From assembly GCA_963754315.1 (NCBI GenBank), contig CAVWFS010000008.1:64001-128000 (forward strand): a DNA stretch of 64,000 bases, given 5' to 3'. The stretch comes from an uncultured Candidatus Rokubacteria bacterium (GTDB lineage Bacteria; Methylomirabilota; Methylomirabilia; Rokubacteriales; CSP1-6). How positions within the stretch are numbered: position 1 is the stretch's first letter; each line of letters begins with the position of its first letter. Shown piece by piece: positions 40,796-51,225 of this stretch. The position numbers and the translations under genes are program-made. The notes under the pieces were generated by a model, which was not told the DNA's origin, ran no database searches, and worked only from the letters and a program-made list of their open reading frames with translations.

Positions 40796-42052
40796 ATGAT
40801 ATCTCGATCGATCTTCTACGGGTGGTGGGTGGTGGCGGCCTTCTCCGTCATGACGTTCACGTCGACGGGAGTCCGTCACGCGGTGGGGCCATTCCTCAAG
40901 CCGATCGTCGATGATCTCGGCCTCGATCGCGCGAGCTTTTCCGCCGTCATCGCGCTGAGTCTCTTCCTCTACGGCGTGTTCATGCCCCTGGCGGGGTTGG
41001 CGCTCGATCGCTTCAGCGTGCGTCTGGTTACTGCAGTGGGGACGGTGGTTCTGGTGATCTCGCTGATCCTGACCGCCATGGTGCGTACCTTCTGGGAGTT
41101 CGCCGCTGTCTACGGCGTGTTAGTGCCGCTGGGGCTGGCCGGTACGGGGCCGGTGATCGCGTCGGGAGTGGTGGCGCGGTGGTTCAGCCGGCGCCGGGGC
41201 ACGGCGCTCTCCGTCCTCGGGAGCGCGTCGATGACGGGCATGAGCCTGCTCGTGCCCGCCGTGACCTGGCTCATCCTGACCACCGGCTGGCGCCTCACCT
41301 ATGTCCTGATCGCGGGCGTGGTGCTCGCGCTGGTGATGCCGCTTTGCTTGTGGGTGGTGCGAGACTCTCCGGAGTCGATCGGGTTGATGGCCGATGGTGC
41401 CACCATGAAACCCGGCGCGGGCCCCGGCCTCGTCGAGCGGGTCAGTGTCAGCGAAGCCCTGTCGACCTTGGCGTTCTGGCAGCTGGCGGGCTCGTTCTTC
41501 ACCTGCGGCTTCTCGATGAGTCTGCTTTCCGCGCACGGAATCCCGATGCTCACCGACCATGGCTACACGCCGATGTTCGCGTCGTGGGCGCTGGGGGTGC
41601 TGGGCGGCTCGAGTATCGGCTTTACCGTGATGCTCGGGGCCTTGTCCGACCGCCTCGGACGGCGGCCCGTGTTGGCCGCGATCTACGCGGGCCGGGTCCT
41701 CATCTTTGCCGGCTTCTTCCTCATCCGCGACAATCCGGTGGCAATCCTCGCCGTGGCTGTCCTGGGTGGGATCACGATGGCCGGAACCGGCTCGATGACC
41801 TCGGCCCTGACCGCCGATATCTACGGTCGGTTCTCGGTGAGCTCGATCTTCGGCCTCATCTTTCTCGTACACCAGACCGGCGCGGCCCTCGGCTCCGCCT
41901 TGGCCGGTGTGCTGTTCGAGAGGACGGGCGGCTACGGCGCGGCGTTCGCGGTGGCGTGCCTATTCCTGATGGCGGCCGCCCTGGTCGCGCTCAAGATCGA
42001 CAAGGGAGCACGGCGGATCTGGCGCGCCGCCACCGTGTCGGCCACGAACTGA
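40796..42052 (+). CDS. MFS transporter
   Basis: FYGWWVV, WFSRRRG, GALSDRLGRR; about 12 hydrophobic segments. Confidence 0.9.
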   Translation: MISRSIFYGWWVVAAFSVMTFTSTGVRHAVGPFLKPIVDDLGLDRASFSAVIALSLFLYGVFMPLAGLALDRFSVRLVTAVGTVVLVISLILTAMVRTFWEFAAVYGVLVPLGLAGTGPVIASGVVARWFSRRRGTALSVLGSASMTGMSLLVPAVTWLILTTGWRLTYVLIAGVVLALVMPLCLWVVRDSPESIGLMADGATMKPGAGPGLVERVSVSEALSTLAFWQLAGSFFTCGFSMSLLSAHGIPMLTDHGYTPMFASWALGVLGGSSIGFTVMLGALSDRLGRRPVLAAIYAGRVLIFAGFFLIRDNPVAILAVAVLGGITMAGTGSMTSALTADIYGRFSVSSIFGLIFLVHQTGAALGSALAGVLFERTGGYGAAFAVACLFLMAAALVALKIDKGARRIWRAATVSATN

Positions 42053-42103
42053 TGGGCTCGATTCGGTAGCGTTCGGCTCGCTGGCAGCCGCCGGATCCCG
42101 GCT

Positions 42104-42985
42104 TCAGGTCTGCAATTCGCCCACGGCTGCGGAGAGGGCCTCCAGCTCGGCGCGCCAGGATGTCGGCGCCGCCACCGGGCGCACGACGAACTTCGAGAAG
42201 CCGACGGCGATGAAGCGCTCGATGAGAGCACGTAATGCCGGCAACCCGACCGGCGTGAGCTCGAGCGCTCGGGGCCGCCGGGCGGCCATCGCGCGCGCGG
42301 TGTCGGGGTCGATGGGGGCGCGGGCGTAGCCGATGCTCATCCCGAAATGCTCACTGCTGATCGAGCGGCCGGCCTTTGCCGCTGCGTCTTCGATCACGGC
42401 GCGGCCGGTGGCCGCTTCCTCGGGCGTGCACAGCGAGGGCAGCCACCCATCCGACAGTCGACCGCAGCGTTCGAGAGCGGCGGGCACTGTCCCGCCCAAC
42501 CACACTTCGAGCGGCTGCTGCACGGGCAGGGGCCAGAGCGTCACGCCACGAAAGCGGCCGGCTACGCCGTCGTGGCTCACCGTCTCACCAGCCCACAGGC
42601 GTCGCAGCAACGGAAGCGCCTCGTCGATGAAGGCGCCGCGGTGCTTGGGCTCGACGCCTATGGCATCACGCTCCGGGGCGTACGTGAGGCCGGGCACCAA
42701 CGTCACCAGCAGACGCCCTTTGCAGAGAACATCCAGGCTCGCGAGCTGCTTGGCGAGCCGCAGCACGTTGCGTCCCGGCAACAGCATGGTGGTACCGAGC
42801 TTCAGGCGCGGATTGCTCGATGCGACCCAGGCAAGCCCTACCATCGGATCGAGCACGGCGCTGGTCAGGACCTCCGAGAGCCACAGGGAGTCAAACCCTA
42901 GCTGATCGAGCCCCGTGACGAGCTCGGCGAGCGTCTCGGGGGTCGACGCCGCCCCTCCCATTCCCACTCCGATACGTATCTTCAT
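42104..42985 (-). CDS. LLM-class flavin-dependent oxidoreductase
   Basis: GFDSLWLSE, LAKQLASLD, VWLGG, DGWLP. Confidence 0.88.
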   Translation of the reverse strand: MKIRIGVGMGGAASTPETLAELVTGLDQLGFDSLWLSEVLTSAVLDPMVGLAWVASSNPRLKLGTTMLLPGRNVLRLAKQLASLDVLCKGRLLVTLVPGLTYAPERDAIGVEPKHRGAFIDEALPLLRRLWAGETVSHDGVAGRFRGVTLWPLPVQQPLEVWLGGTVPAALERCGRLSDGWLPSLCTPEEAATGRAVIEDAAAKAGRSISSEHFGMSIGYARAPIDPDTARAMAARRPRALELTPVGLPALRALIERFIAVGFSKFVVRPVAAPTSWRAELEALSAAVGELQT

Positions 42986-43022
42986 CGTTTCGCCTCATGT
43001 ATGAGCCGTCTGCAACGCGCGC

Positions 43023-44135
43023 TCACGACTGCCCCTCGTCCATCGACGCCAGGAAGGCGCGTCGCGCGGCAGGGTCCGCAATGTGCAGGGCCAACCGCGC
43101 GGCGAGCTGTCCTGTGTCGTTGGCCTCCCGCGCGGCTTGCGCGACCAGCACGCGGGCGATAGGTCCCAGATGGCGGGCCAGCTTCTCCTCGGCCACGCTC
43201 AGCGTCTTGGGCGTGATCGGCCCCGGTGCCCTTCGACCCTCGGGCCCGCCCGCGGCGGTCGCCGAGCCGACCCCCGCCCCTTTGGCCGGGGTGGGAGGCG
43301 TGGCCGGCGGCGGCGCCAGATCGCCGACGTGCGCCAGGAACTTCTGGCGAGCGGCGGCATCACTCAGGTTATTCGCCACGGATGCCAGCAGCTCCCGGGA
43401 GTCGCGCGCCTGGCGCGCAACTTTGCGGACGATCAGATTGGCCATCGGCCCTAGGTGGTCGATCAGCGCGGCCGTGAGGCGTGCCAACAACTCAGGCGAG
43501 AAGACGACTGGTTCCCCTCCCTCGGCGGGCACGTCCGGTCCGGCCACGCCAACGTCAGAGGAAAGGGCCGCACCGGGTCCGGCGACGACCTGGAACTCGT
43601 ACAGCTCGTGCTCGCGAATGTGCTTGTCCCGGTGCAGCCCCGCATACTGAAACAGCTGGGCGTGCTCGTGGGAGATGTGCGAGACGACCTCGTAGAAGGA
43701 CCGCGAGACCAGGATCTGGTTCGGAGCCGCGAAGCCCATCACCCGCTGGGCGACGTTGATCCCATCGCCGATGATGTTGCGGTTGCCGTTCAGATCTCGC
43801 ACGATTCGCGCCGGGCCGAGATTGATGCCGATACGCACCTGGCCCCCGGCGGGCCCGGGGTCCGTGGCCACCGCTTCCCGCAAGTTGGCGGCCGCGAACA
43901 GCGCGTCCTCGGGATCCCCGAAAAAGCAGAGGGCCGCGCCGTCGCCCGTGTCGAGAGCCATGCGGTCCGACTCTCCGACGTGGGTAAGGCTGCGGCCAAT
44001 GATCTCGTTGAGGTATCTCTTCAGCATCCCTTGCTGGGTCACCGCTCGCTCGGAGTAGCCCACCAGATCGACGAAGACCACCGTACAGATGAACGTCCGG
44101 GTCTCGGGACTCTGGGGCGGTGGCTCCGGGGGCAT
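43023..44135 (-). CDS. Class III nucleotide cyclase with duplicated C-terminal helical domain
   Basis: FVDLVGYS, TGDG, RIGINLGP, GDGINVAQR; two repeats HLGPMANLIVRK / HLGPIARVLVAQ. Confidence 0.85.
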   Translation of the reverse strand: MPPEPPPQSPETRTFICTVVFVDLVGYSERAVTQQGMLKRYLNEIIGRSLTHVGESDRMALDTGDGAALCFFGDPEDALFAAANLREAVATDPGPAGGQVRIGINLGPARIVRDLNGNRNIIGDGINVAQRVMGFAAPNQILVSRSFYEVVSHISHEHAQLFQYAGLHRDKHIREHELYEFQVVAGPGAALSSDVGVAGPDVPAEGGEPVVFSPELLARLTAALIDHLGPMANLIVRKVARQARDSRELLASVANNLSDAAARQKFLAHVGDLAPPPATPPTPAKGAGVGSATAAGGPEGRRAPGPITPKTLSVAEEKLARHLGPIARVLVAQAAREANDTGQLAARLALHIADPAARRAFLASMDEGQS

Positions 44136-44145
44136 CCCGACGCCC

Positions 44146-45018
44146 TCAGGACTCGATCATCTTCATGGCCGCTTGCAGGCTGCGCCGCATGCGGTTGAAG
44201 GCTCGTCCCAGCTGGGCGATCTCGTCCTTGCCTGCCTCCGCGAACTCCGGAACGGCGAAGTTGCCGACGCTCACTTGATCGGCCGCCTTCGACATCGCCG
44301 CCACCGGCCGCACGATGATCCGCGTCAGCATGACGTTCAACACGATGAAGGCCAGGACGAAGACAGCGGTGAGCGAGCCGATGAACGTGAGGAACGCACG
44401 GCGGGCGTTCTGGATGGGGAGTGACATGGGAACGGAGACGATCTGGGCGCCCACAACCTCATTCAGTTTCCAGCCGAACCCGTTGGCGCTGCCGTACAGC
44501 TTGACCATGGTGGCCGGGGCCATCTCCGGGGTGGTGTGGCACGTCAGACACGCGGGGTTCTTGATCTGGATCGGCCGGGCGATGTAGAGCGCGCGCCCGG
44601 TTGGCGTGTCCCGCTCGCCGACGAGTTCGGCCGTGTCGGGCTTATCGCGGAAGATCCGAATGATATCGTTCTCCCAGTCGCCCGCCCGGTTCCGGGGGTT
44701 GGTGGGATTGAGGGTCGCTTCCTTGTAGCCGTAGTCGGAGTATTTCTTGCGGAGCGTGTTGATCGTCTCGGTGGCCGCATAGGCGGGAACGCTCTGAGGG
44801 AGGAAAACCCGCATCAGCTGCAGCTCGAGGTGCGGCCGCACCTGCTCGATCGTGTAGCTCCGGATGGCCAGGGCCGTCTCCATCATGAGCCCGGCATTGC
44901 GGCTGACCTCCTCGCGCGCATTGCGCTCGAGGAGGGTGTATGACAGGTAACCCGACGCCAGCAGCCCCAGGCCGAACACGGCCAGGAGCACGAGATTGAA
45001 CTTCAGTCGCAGACCCAT
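44146..45018 (-). CDS. DUF3365 (Tll0287-like) c-type heme sensor with HAMP domain
   Basis: Two TM segments, YKEATLNPTNPRN, CLTCH (CxxCH), HAMP (DEIAQLGRAFNRM); no output domain. Confidence 0.85.
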   Translation of the reverse strand: MGLRLKFNLVLLAVFGLGLLASGYLSYTLLERNAREEVSRNAGLMMETALAIRSYTIEQVRPHLELQLMRVFLPQSVPAYAATETINTLRKKYSDYGYKEATLNPTNPRNRAGDWENDIIRIFRDKPDTAELVGERDTPTGRALYIARPIQIKNPACLTCHTTPEMAPATMVKLYGSANGFGWKLNEVVGAQIVSVPMSLPIQNARRAFLTFIGSLTAVFVLAFIVLNVMLTRIIVRPVAAMSKAADQVSVGNFAVPEFAEAGKDEIAQLGRAFNRMRRSLQAAMKMIES

Positions 45019-45043
45019 CAGGGCCCTCCTCTCGTGTTCCGCC

Positions 45044-45562
45044 TCAGCGAGCCCGACAGTCGGCTAGCCCCGCGTGCGCGCGGGTGAACCCGATCAGGCT
45101 GAAGGTGGCCGAGTGGGTGCCCGTCTTCGGCCACGTGGGCCAGAAGCGGAGTTGCACCCGGACACGCCGCCCCCGCTTAAACTCATCGACCAGCGTCTGG
45201 TACTGCGCTGCGAACAAGGCCGTGCGCTGATCGACTACCTCTTCGGCCGGGGCAAACCGGCCCTCGTCGACCACGAGGCCGATGTCGCGATCGCTCCCGT
45301 CTAGTGTAGACGCTGAGGTCACCCGTACGGCCTTGTCGTCGACTGTGATCTGCGCCCAGGTCGTCTGATAGCCATCGAACACGGGCTGCTGCTCGGACTC
45401 CAGAACGCATCGGCTGGTCCCGCCTGTGGCAGGCGGGGTCGGCCGCACGGTCCAGTCGGCGCCCGCCTCCGGAGGCACGGGCACACCCAGGGCCAGCAGG
45501 GTGACCAGGGGTCCCCACCGACCGACACGAGCCAACGGGCGCAGCGTGCTCAGCGCGAGCAT
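45044..45562 (-). CDS. Secreted hypothetical protein
   Basis: Signal-like N-terminus; DGYQTT, QLRFWPTWP, FSLIGFTRA; two Cys. Confidence 0.6.
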   Translation of the reverse strand: MLALSTLRPLARVGRWGPLVTLLALGVPVPPEAGADWTVRPTPPATGGTSRCVLESEQQPVFDGYQTTWAQITVDDKAVRVTSASTLDGSDRDIGLVVDEGRFAPAEEVVDQRTALFAAQYQTLVDEFKRGRRVRVQLRFWPTWPKTGTHSATFSLIGFTRAHAGLADCRAR

Positions 45563-45788
45563 ACGAGTATCCGGTGTGGTGACGGGCCTCGCACCGAACC
45601 CGATTCTGGCCGCAGTCGCCCGTCACGTCAACGAGGCTCGACAGAGGCCACGGACCGACCGGACCGCGCGGAGGCATGGCTGGTGGACCGCCCGGCATTG
45701 TCAGGCCGCACGGCAGCGTATACTCTCGCGTCTGCCGCCTCGATCTAGCCAATCGACGAGCGCGTCCGAGCGGGCAAGGAGGCCACGT

Positions 45789-46661
45789 CTGGACATCGTT
45801 CTACAGTTGATGCTCAACGGCCTCGCCGTGGGCTGCATCTACGGCCTGGTGGCCCTCGGCTTCGTCCTCATCTACAAGGCGACCGAGCTGGTCAATTTTG
45901 CCCAGGGTGATCTGCTGATGCTCGGGGCCTTCACGTGCTACATGTTCGTCGTCTGGTACGGCCTCGGCTACTGGGTGGCGCTCGCCCTCGCCATCGCCAC
46001 CGTGGCGCTTTTCGGTGCGTTGCTCGATGCGGTCGTCCTGCGTCGGGTCATCGGCCAGCCCCAGTTCGCGGTGGTGATGCTGACCATCGGCCTCGGCGCC
46101 ATCTTCCGGAGCTTCGCCTCGATCACGTGGGGATCGGAGATCTACACCTTACCCACCCCGTTCAGCGCTCAGGCGACCCGAGTGGCGGGGGTAACGGTGA
46201 GCCACGAGTACGTCTCCATCATCGTGGGCACCCTGGTGCTGTGCGGCGTGCTCTACGCGTTCTTCACCTACTCCACCGTCGGGGTGGCCATGCAGGCCAC
46301 CTCTCAAAACCAACTGGCCGCCTACTGCATGGGCATCCCCGTCAAGCTCATGTTCTCGCTGATCTGGGCGATCTCGGCCGGTGTGGCTGCCATCGCCGGC
46401 GTGTTGCTGGCCCCGGTCTCGCTCGTGGACATCAACCTTGGGTTCATCGGGCTCAAGGCGTTCGCCGCCGCCGTGCTGGGCGGCTTCGGGTCCATTCCCG
46501 GCGCCCTGGTGGGGGGTGTCACCATCGGACTCATCGAGCTGTTCTCGGGCGCCTATCTCCCCCATGGCGTGAAGGACGTTGCCGCCTACGTGGTGCTGCT
46601 CCTCGTCCTTGCGGTTCGGCCCCAGGGCATGTTCGGAACCGTGGGCAGAAAAAAGGTCTGA
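45789..46661 (+). CDS. livH: Liv-type ABC permease
   Basis: ALGFVLIYKAT, VNFAQGD, AAVLGGFGS, RPQGMFG. Start is either CTG 45789 (after AAGGAGG) or ATG 45810. Confidence 0.88.
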   Translation: MDIVLQLMLNGLAVGCIYGLVALGFVLIYKATELVNFAQGDLLMLGAFTCYMFVVWYGLGYWVALALAIATVALFGALLDAVVLRRVIGQPQFAVVMLTIGLGAIFRSFASITWGSEIYTLPTPFSAQATRVAGVTVSHEYVSIIVGTLVLCGVLYAFFTYSTVGVAMQATSQNQLAAYCMGIPVKLMFSLIWAISAGVAAIAGVLLAPVSLVDINLGFIGLKAFAAAVLGGFGSIPGALVGGVTIGLIELFSGAYLPHGVKDVAAYVVLLLVLAVRPQGMFGTVGRKKV

Positions 46662-46667
46662 GACACA

Positions 46668-47789
46668 ATGCGCTTCGTCTTCAAGACCTCATACCATCAG
46701 GATCTCGGCCTCTTCCGCGACGGCGTCCAGCGCAACTGCTACGCTGTGCTCCTGGTCGGCCTCCTCGTCCTACCGCGTCTGGTGCCCGAGTATCTGGTCG
46801 ATATCAGCCTCGTCTTCATCTACGGCCTCTGCGGCCTCTCCCTCATGGTGCTCGCCGGCTACACGGGCCTGGTGAGTCTCGGTCATGCGGCCTTCCTCGG
46901 CATCGGCTCCTATGCTCACGTGTACTTCACCCAGGAGGTGGGCTTGCCGTGGCTGGTCGCCCTGGCCCTGGCCACCGCGTTGACGGCGGCGGTAGGCGTC
47001 CTGGTAGGGTTGCCCGCGTTACGCATGACCGGTCTCTATCTCACCATCGCCACCCTGGCCTTCGCGGTCATCATCCAGGAGATCTTCACCCGGTGGGACG
47101 CCGTCACCGGCGGCTTGAAGGGCAAGGCCGTGAACAAGCCCGTCATCTTCGGCGTATCCTTCGCGGGTGACGTCGCCTTCTACTTCCTGTGCCTGGCCTT
47201 TCTCGTCGGGGGTCTGTGGCTCACCGCGAATCTCCTGCGCGCGCCTACGGGGCGCGCCTGGGTGGCCATCCGGGACAGCGAAATCGCTGCCCAGTCGATG
47301 GGTGTCAGTCTCCCCGTGTACAAGACCATGGCCTTCGCGTACTCGGCCGCTCTCATGGGCGCCGCCGGGGCCCTCTTCGCCCACAAGATCGGGTTTCTCG
47401 CCCCCGATATCTTCAGCGTCTTGCTCTCGATCCAGTTCCTGCTGATGGTGGTCGTGGGTGGTCTCGGCAGCCTGCACGGTGCCGTCTTCGGCGCCATCTT
47501 CGTGGCCCTGCTGCCGGTGGCGATCTCGCAAGCGCGCGACGTCCTGCCGGCCCTGGTGAGTCAGGTGGCCGGCTCTACCGCGGCACTCCTCGTCGACCGC
47601 TTCGTCAAGCAGCCGGGGCTGGAGCCAGGCATCTTCGGCCTGATCCTTGTCCTCTTCATCCTCTTCGAACCCCTCGGCATCTACGGGCGCTGGACCAAGA
47701 TCAAGCTCTACTTCTCGTTGTTCCCCCTCTACAAGCAGGCCACCTTCAAGCGGCAGAAGACCTATATGCGCTCGGAGCGCCTGCGGTGA
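46668..47789 (+). CDS. livM: Liv-type ABC permease
   Basis: GYTGLVSLGHAAF, YLTIATLAF, AIRDSE, GGLGS. Confidence 0.9.
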   Translation: MRFVFKTSYHQDLGLFRDGVQRNCYAVLLVGLLVLPRLVPEYLVDISLVFIYGLCGLSLMVLAGYTGLVSLGHAAFLGIGSYAHVYFTQEVGLPWLVALALATALTAAVGVLVGLPALRMTGLYLTIATLAFAVIIQEIFTRWDAVTGGLKGKAVNKPVIFGVSFAGDVAFYFLCLAFLVGGLWLTANLLRAPTGRAWVAIRDSEIAAQSMGVSLPVYKTMAFAYSAALMGAAGALFAHKIGFLAPDIFSVLLSIQFLLMVVVGGLGSLHGAVFGAIFVALLPVAISQARDVLPALVSQVAGSTAALLVDRFVKQPGLEPGIFGLILVLFILFEPLGIYGRWTKIKLYFSLFPLYKQATFKRQKTYMRSERLR

Positions 47790-48544
47790 CCCTCTTCGCG
47801 GCCGAGAACGTGGCGATCAACTTCGGCGGCATCCGGGCCGTGGACGGCGTGAGCTTTGAGGTGGAGGCTGGTCAGGTGTTCACGATCATCGGACCTAACG
47901 GCGCCGGCAAGACGACCATCTTCAATCTGGTGAGCCGGATCTACGATCCGAGTCAGGGGCGCCTGCTCTTCGAAGGAAGGGACATCACCGGGATTGCCCC
48001 GCACCAGATCGCCCGGCGCGGCATCGCCCGCACCTTTCAGAATATCGAGCTGTTCGAGCACGCCACCGTGCTCCAAAATCTGCTCCTTGGTCGCCACACC
48101 CACAAGAAGTCACGCTTCGTCGGGGAGCTCTTGTTCTTGCCTCGCGTGCGCGCACTAGAGGTCGAGCATCGGGAGGCGGCGGAGAAGGTCATCGATTTTC
48201 TCGACCTGATGCCGTACCGCGACAGCTTCGTCGTCAACCTGCCCTACGGCGTCCGCAAGGTGGTCGAGCTGGGGCGGGCCTTGTGCACGCAGCCCAAACT
48301 CCTCCTCCTCGACGAGCCCTCCTCGGGGCTGAGCGTCGAGGAGACGGAAGGCATGGCCTTCTGGATCGAGGACATCCGGACCTTGCTTGGCATCACCGTG
48401 CTCATGGTCGAGCACGACATGAGCCTGGTGAGCGCGGTCTCCGATCGCGTGCTCGCGCTGAACTACGGCCGGGCCATCGCGCAGGGAACTGCCCGCGAGG
48501 TCCAGGACCACCCCGAGGTCGTCAAGGCGTATCTGGGAGGCTGA
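47786..48544 (+). CDS. livG: Liv-type ABC ATP-binding protein
   Basis: GPNGAGKTT, RTFQN, LPYG, LDEP, AYLG; GTG start overlaps the livM stop. Confidence 0.9.
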   Translation: MTLFAAENVAINFGGIRAVDGVSFEVEAGQVFTIIGPNGAGKTTIFNLVSRIYDPSQGRLLFEGRDITGIAPHQIARRGIARTFQNIELFEHATVLQNLLLGRHTHKKSRFVGELLFLPRVRALEVEHREAAEKVIDFLDLMPYRDSFVVNLPYGVRKVVELGRALCTQPKLLLLDEPSSGLSVEETEGMAFWIEDIRTLLGITVLMVEHDMSLVSAVSDRVLALNYGRAIAQGTAREVQDHPEVVKAYLGG

Positions 48545-48548
48545 GCGG

Positions 48549-49322
48549 GTGGCCGACGCGCTTCTCGAGGTCAGCAATATCGAAACATACTACGGTCCCA
48601 TCATGGCCATTCGGGGCGTGAGCTTCAGGGTGGAGCGCGGCGCCATCGTGACCATTCTCGGGGCCAATGGCGCTGGCAAGACGACGATCCTCAAGACGGT
48701 GGCGGGGGTGATGGATCCCCAGAAGGGCACCGTGCGTTTTGAAGGGCGGGAGATCCAGGGCAGGGACCCCGACCGGGTGATGCGCCTTGGGATCAGCCTG
48801 GTGCCAGAAGGCCGGGAGGTGTTCCCCTTCCTCACTGTCCGGGAAAACTTGCGAATGGGAGCCTACACGCGGCGCGACGCCGACGGGATTGCGCGCGACC
48901 TGGCCATGGTCTATGACTATTTCCCGATCTTGCGGGCTCGAGCCGATCAACGGGCGGGCGCTCTTTCTGGCGGGGAGCAGCAGATGCTCGCCATCAGTCG
49001 TGGCCTGATGGCGCGCCCGAAGATGATGCTGCTGGACGAGCCCTCGCTGGGGCTGGCGCCCAAGCTCGTCAAGGACATCTTCGAGATCATCGTCCGGATC
49101 AACCGGGAACAGGGTGTCAGCGTGCTCCTGGTCGAGCAGAACGCGCATATCGCGCTGCACACGGCGGACCACGGCTACGTGCTGGAGGTGGGGCGCATCG
49201 TGCTGGAAGACACCTGCGCACGGCTCTTGGAGAAAGAAGACATCAAGGAATTCTACCTGGGTGTGAAGGGGGCGAGCGTGCGGGGTACCCGACGCTGGAA
49301 GAGGAAGAAGACATGGCGGTGA
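48549..49322 (+). CDS. livF: Liv-type ABC ATP-binding protein
   Basis: GANGAGKTT, VPEGR, LSGGEQQM, LDEPSLGLAP. Confidence 0.92.
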   Translation: MADALLEVSNIETYYGPIMAIRGVSFRVERGAIVTILGANGAGKTTILKTVAGVMDPQKGTVRFEGREIQGRDPDRVMRLGISLVPEGREVFPFLTVRENLRMGAYTRRDADGIARDLAMVYDYFPILRARADQRAGALSGGEQQMLAISRGLMARPKMMLLDEPSLGLAPKLVKDIFEIIVRINREQGVSVLLVEQNAHIALHTADHGYVLEVGRIVLEDTCARLLEKEDIKEFYLGVKGASVRGTRRWKRKKTWR

Positions 49323-51181
49323 GCGTGACCGTGCCTACCCCCGCCCGAGCCGCCGAGGACCGAGCGTTCACCGTGCACGGACAGGACACCTTGCCTCGAC
49401 TGTTCCGCCACGTGGTCGGCCTGCGTGGGGATGCGCCCGCCCTCCGCGAGAAGCATCTCGGCATCTGGCGGTCCATCAGCTGGCGGGTGTACGGCGAGAA
49501 CGCCAAGCAGGTCGGGCTGGGTCTGGTCGCTCTCGGCTTGCGACCTCGAGACGTGGTGTCGGTCATTGCCGACAACTGTCCCGAGTGGCTGTACGTCGAC
49601 CTCGGTACCATGTCGGTGGGCGGGGTCACCAACGGGATCTACACGACCGATTCGCCCGCCCAGGTCGAGTACATCGTCAACGATAGCGGGACCCGCTTCT
49701 TCTTCGTCGAGAACGAGGAGCAGCTCGACAAGATCCTCGCCGTGCGGGAGCGCTGCGCCGAGCTCGTCAAGATCGTGGTCTTCGACATGGAGGGGTTGCA
49801 CGGCTTCCACGATGCGCAGGTGATGTCCTTCGAGGCCCTCCGGGAGCTGGGCGCCCGTTACGACCGCGATCACCCGGGCGCCTACGACACGATGGTGGAG
49901 ATCGCTCAGCCTCACGACCTGGCCATCCTCGTCTACACGTCCGGCACCACCGGGCCCCCCAAAGGGGCCATGCTGAGCCACCGCAACATCTTGTTCCAGC
50001 TCGGCTATTCCGAGTTCCTCACCGTGCCGCGGACGGGCGACCAGCAGCTCTCCTTCCTGCCCTTGAGCCACGTCGCGGAGCGGACCTTCACCGTGTTTTA
50101 CCCGCTCAGCTCTGGGGCCACCGTGAATTTTGCGGAGAGTATCGATACGGTACCCGACAACATCCGGGAGGTGGCCCCCGCCGTGTTCTTCGCGGTGCCG
50201 CGCATCTGGGAGAAGTTCTACTCGGCGGTGGCCCTCCGCATGCGCGAGGCGACCCTGCCCGGCAAGCTCGCCTACGATTGGGCCATCGGGGTAGGCACGC
50301 GGGTGGCAGAGCGTCGGATCGACCGCCGTTCGCCCTCCCTCACCCTGCGCATGCTGTACCGGATAGCCGACTTTCTCGTGCTCGACAACGTCCGCCGCTC
50401 CATGGGGCTACACCGCACGCGCGGCGCAGCCACGGGGGCCGCCCCCATCGCTCCCGAGCTCATCAAGTGGTTCCGGGCGGTGGGTGTCGACATGCGGGAG
50501 GTCTACGGGCAGACCGAGAATTCTGGTCTCGCGACCGCCATGCCCGCCCAGCGCATCAAGCTCGGCACGGTGGGAGTGGCGCGCCCGGATACCGAGGTGC
50601 GCATTTCCCCGGAGGGCGAAATATTGTTGAGGGGGCCGCACGTGTTCCTGGGGTACTACCGGAATCCCGAGAAGACGGCGGAAACGGTGGTCGACGGCTG
50701 GCTGCACACAGGCGACGTCGGCCTCCTCGACGAGGACGGATTTCTGACCATCACCGATCGGATGAAGGACATCATCATCACGGCCGGCGGAAAGAACGTC
50801 ACGCCGTCCGCCATCGAAAACCAGCTCAAGTTTTCGCCATTCATCTCGGACGCGGTGGTCATCGGTGACCGGCGCAAATATCTCTCCTGTCTCGTCATGA
50901 TCGACCACGAGACGGTAGCGCAGTTCGCCCAGGAGCGGAGCGTGCCCTTCACGAACTTCGCTTCCCTCTGCCGGGCCAAAGAGGTGCAGGATCTGATCTG
51001 GGCCGAGATCGAGCAGGTGAACCGCCAGCTGGCCCGAGTCGAAACCATCAAGCGGTTCTGTCTCATCGAGCAGATCCTGACTCCCGAGGACGAGGAGCTC
51101 ACGCCCACCATGAAGCTCAAGCGGAGCTTCGTGAACCGGAAGTACAAGGACGTCATCGAGGGCATGTACCGAGAGGGATAG
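49313..51181 (+). CDS. Long-chain acyl-CoA synthetase (AMP-binding)
   Basis: YTSGTTGPPKG, YGQTE, GWLHTGD, ELTPTMKLKR. Confidence 0.92.
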   Translation: MAVSVTVPTPARAAEDRAFTVHGQDTLPRLFRHVVGLRGDAPALREKHLGIWRSISWRVYGENAKQVGLGLVALGLRPRDVVSVIADNCPEWLYVDLGTMSVGGVTNGIYTTDSPAQVEYIVNDSGTRFFFVENEEQLDKILAVRERCAELVKIVVFDMEGLHGFHDAQVMSFEALRELGARYDRDHPGAYDTMVEIAQPHDLAILVYTSGTTGPPKGAMLSHRNILFQLGYSEFLTVPRTGDQQLSFLPLSHVAERTFTVFYPLSSGATVNFAESIDTVPDNIREVAPAVFFAVPRIWEKFYSAVALRMREATLPGKLAYDWAIGVGTRVAERRIDRRSPSLTLRMLYRIADFLVLDNVRRSMGLHRTRGAATGAAPIAPELIKWFRAVGVDMREVYGQTENSGLATAMPAQRIKLGTVGVARPDTEVRISPEGEILLRGPHVFLGYYRNPEKTAETVVDGWLHTGDVGLLDEDGFLTITDRMKDIIITAGGKNVTPSAIENQLKFSPFISDAVVIGDRRKYLSCLVMIDHETVAQFAQERSVPFTNFASLCRAKEVQDLIWAEIEQVNRQLARVETIKRFCLIEQILTPEDEELTPTMKLKRSFVNRKYKDVIEGMYREG

Positions 51182-51225
51182 CCGTCGCCCGCTTCGGGCG
51201 GCGCATCACGAAAGGAGCCGATCCA

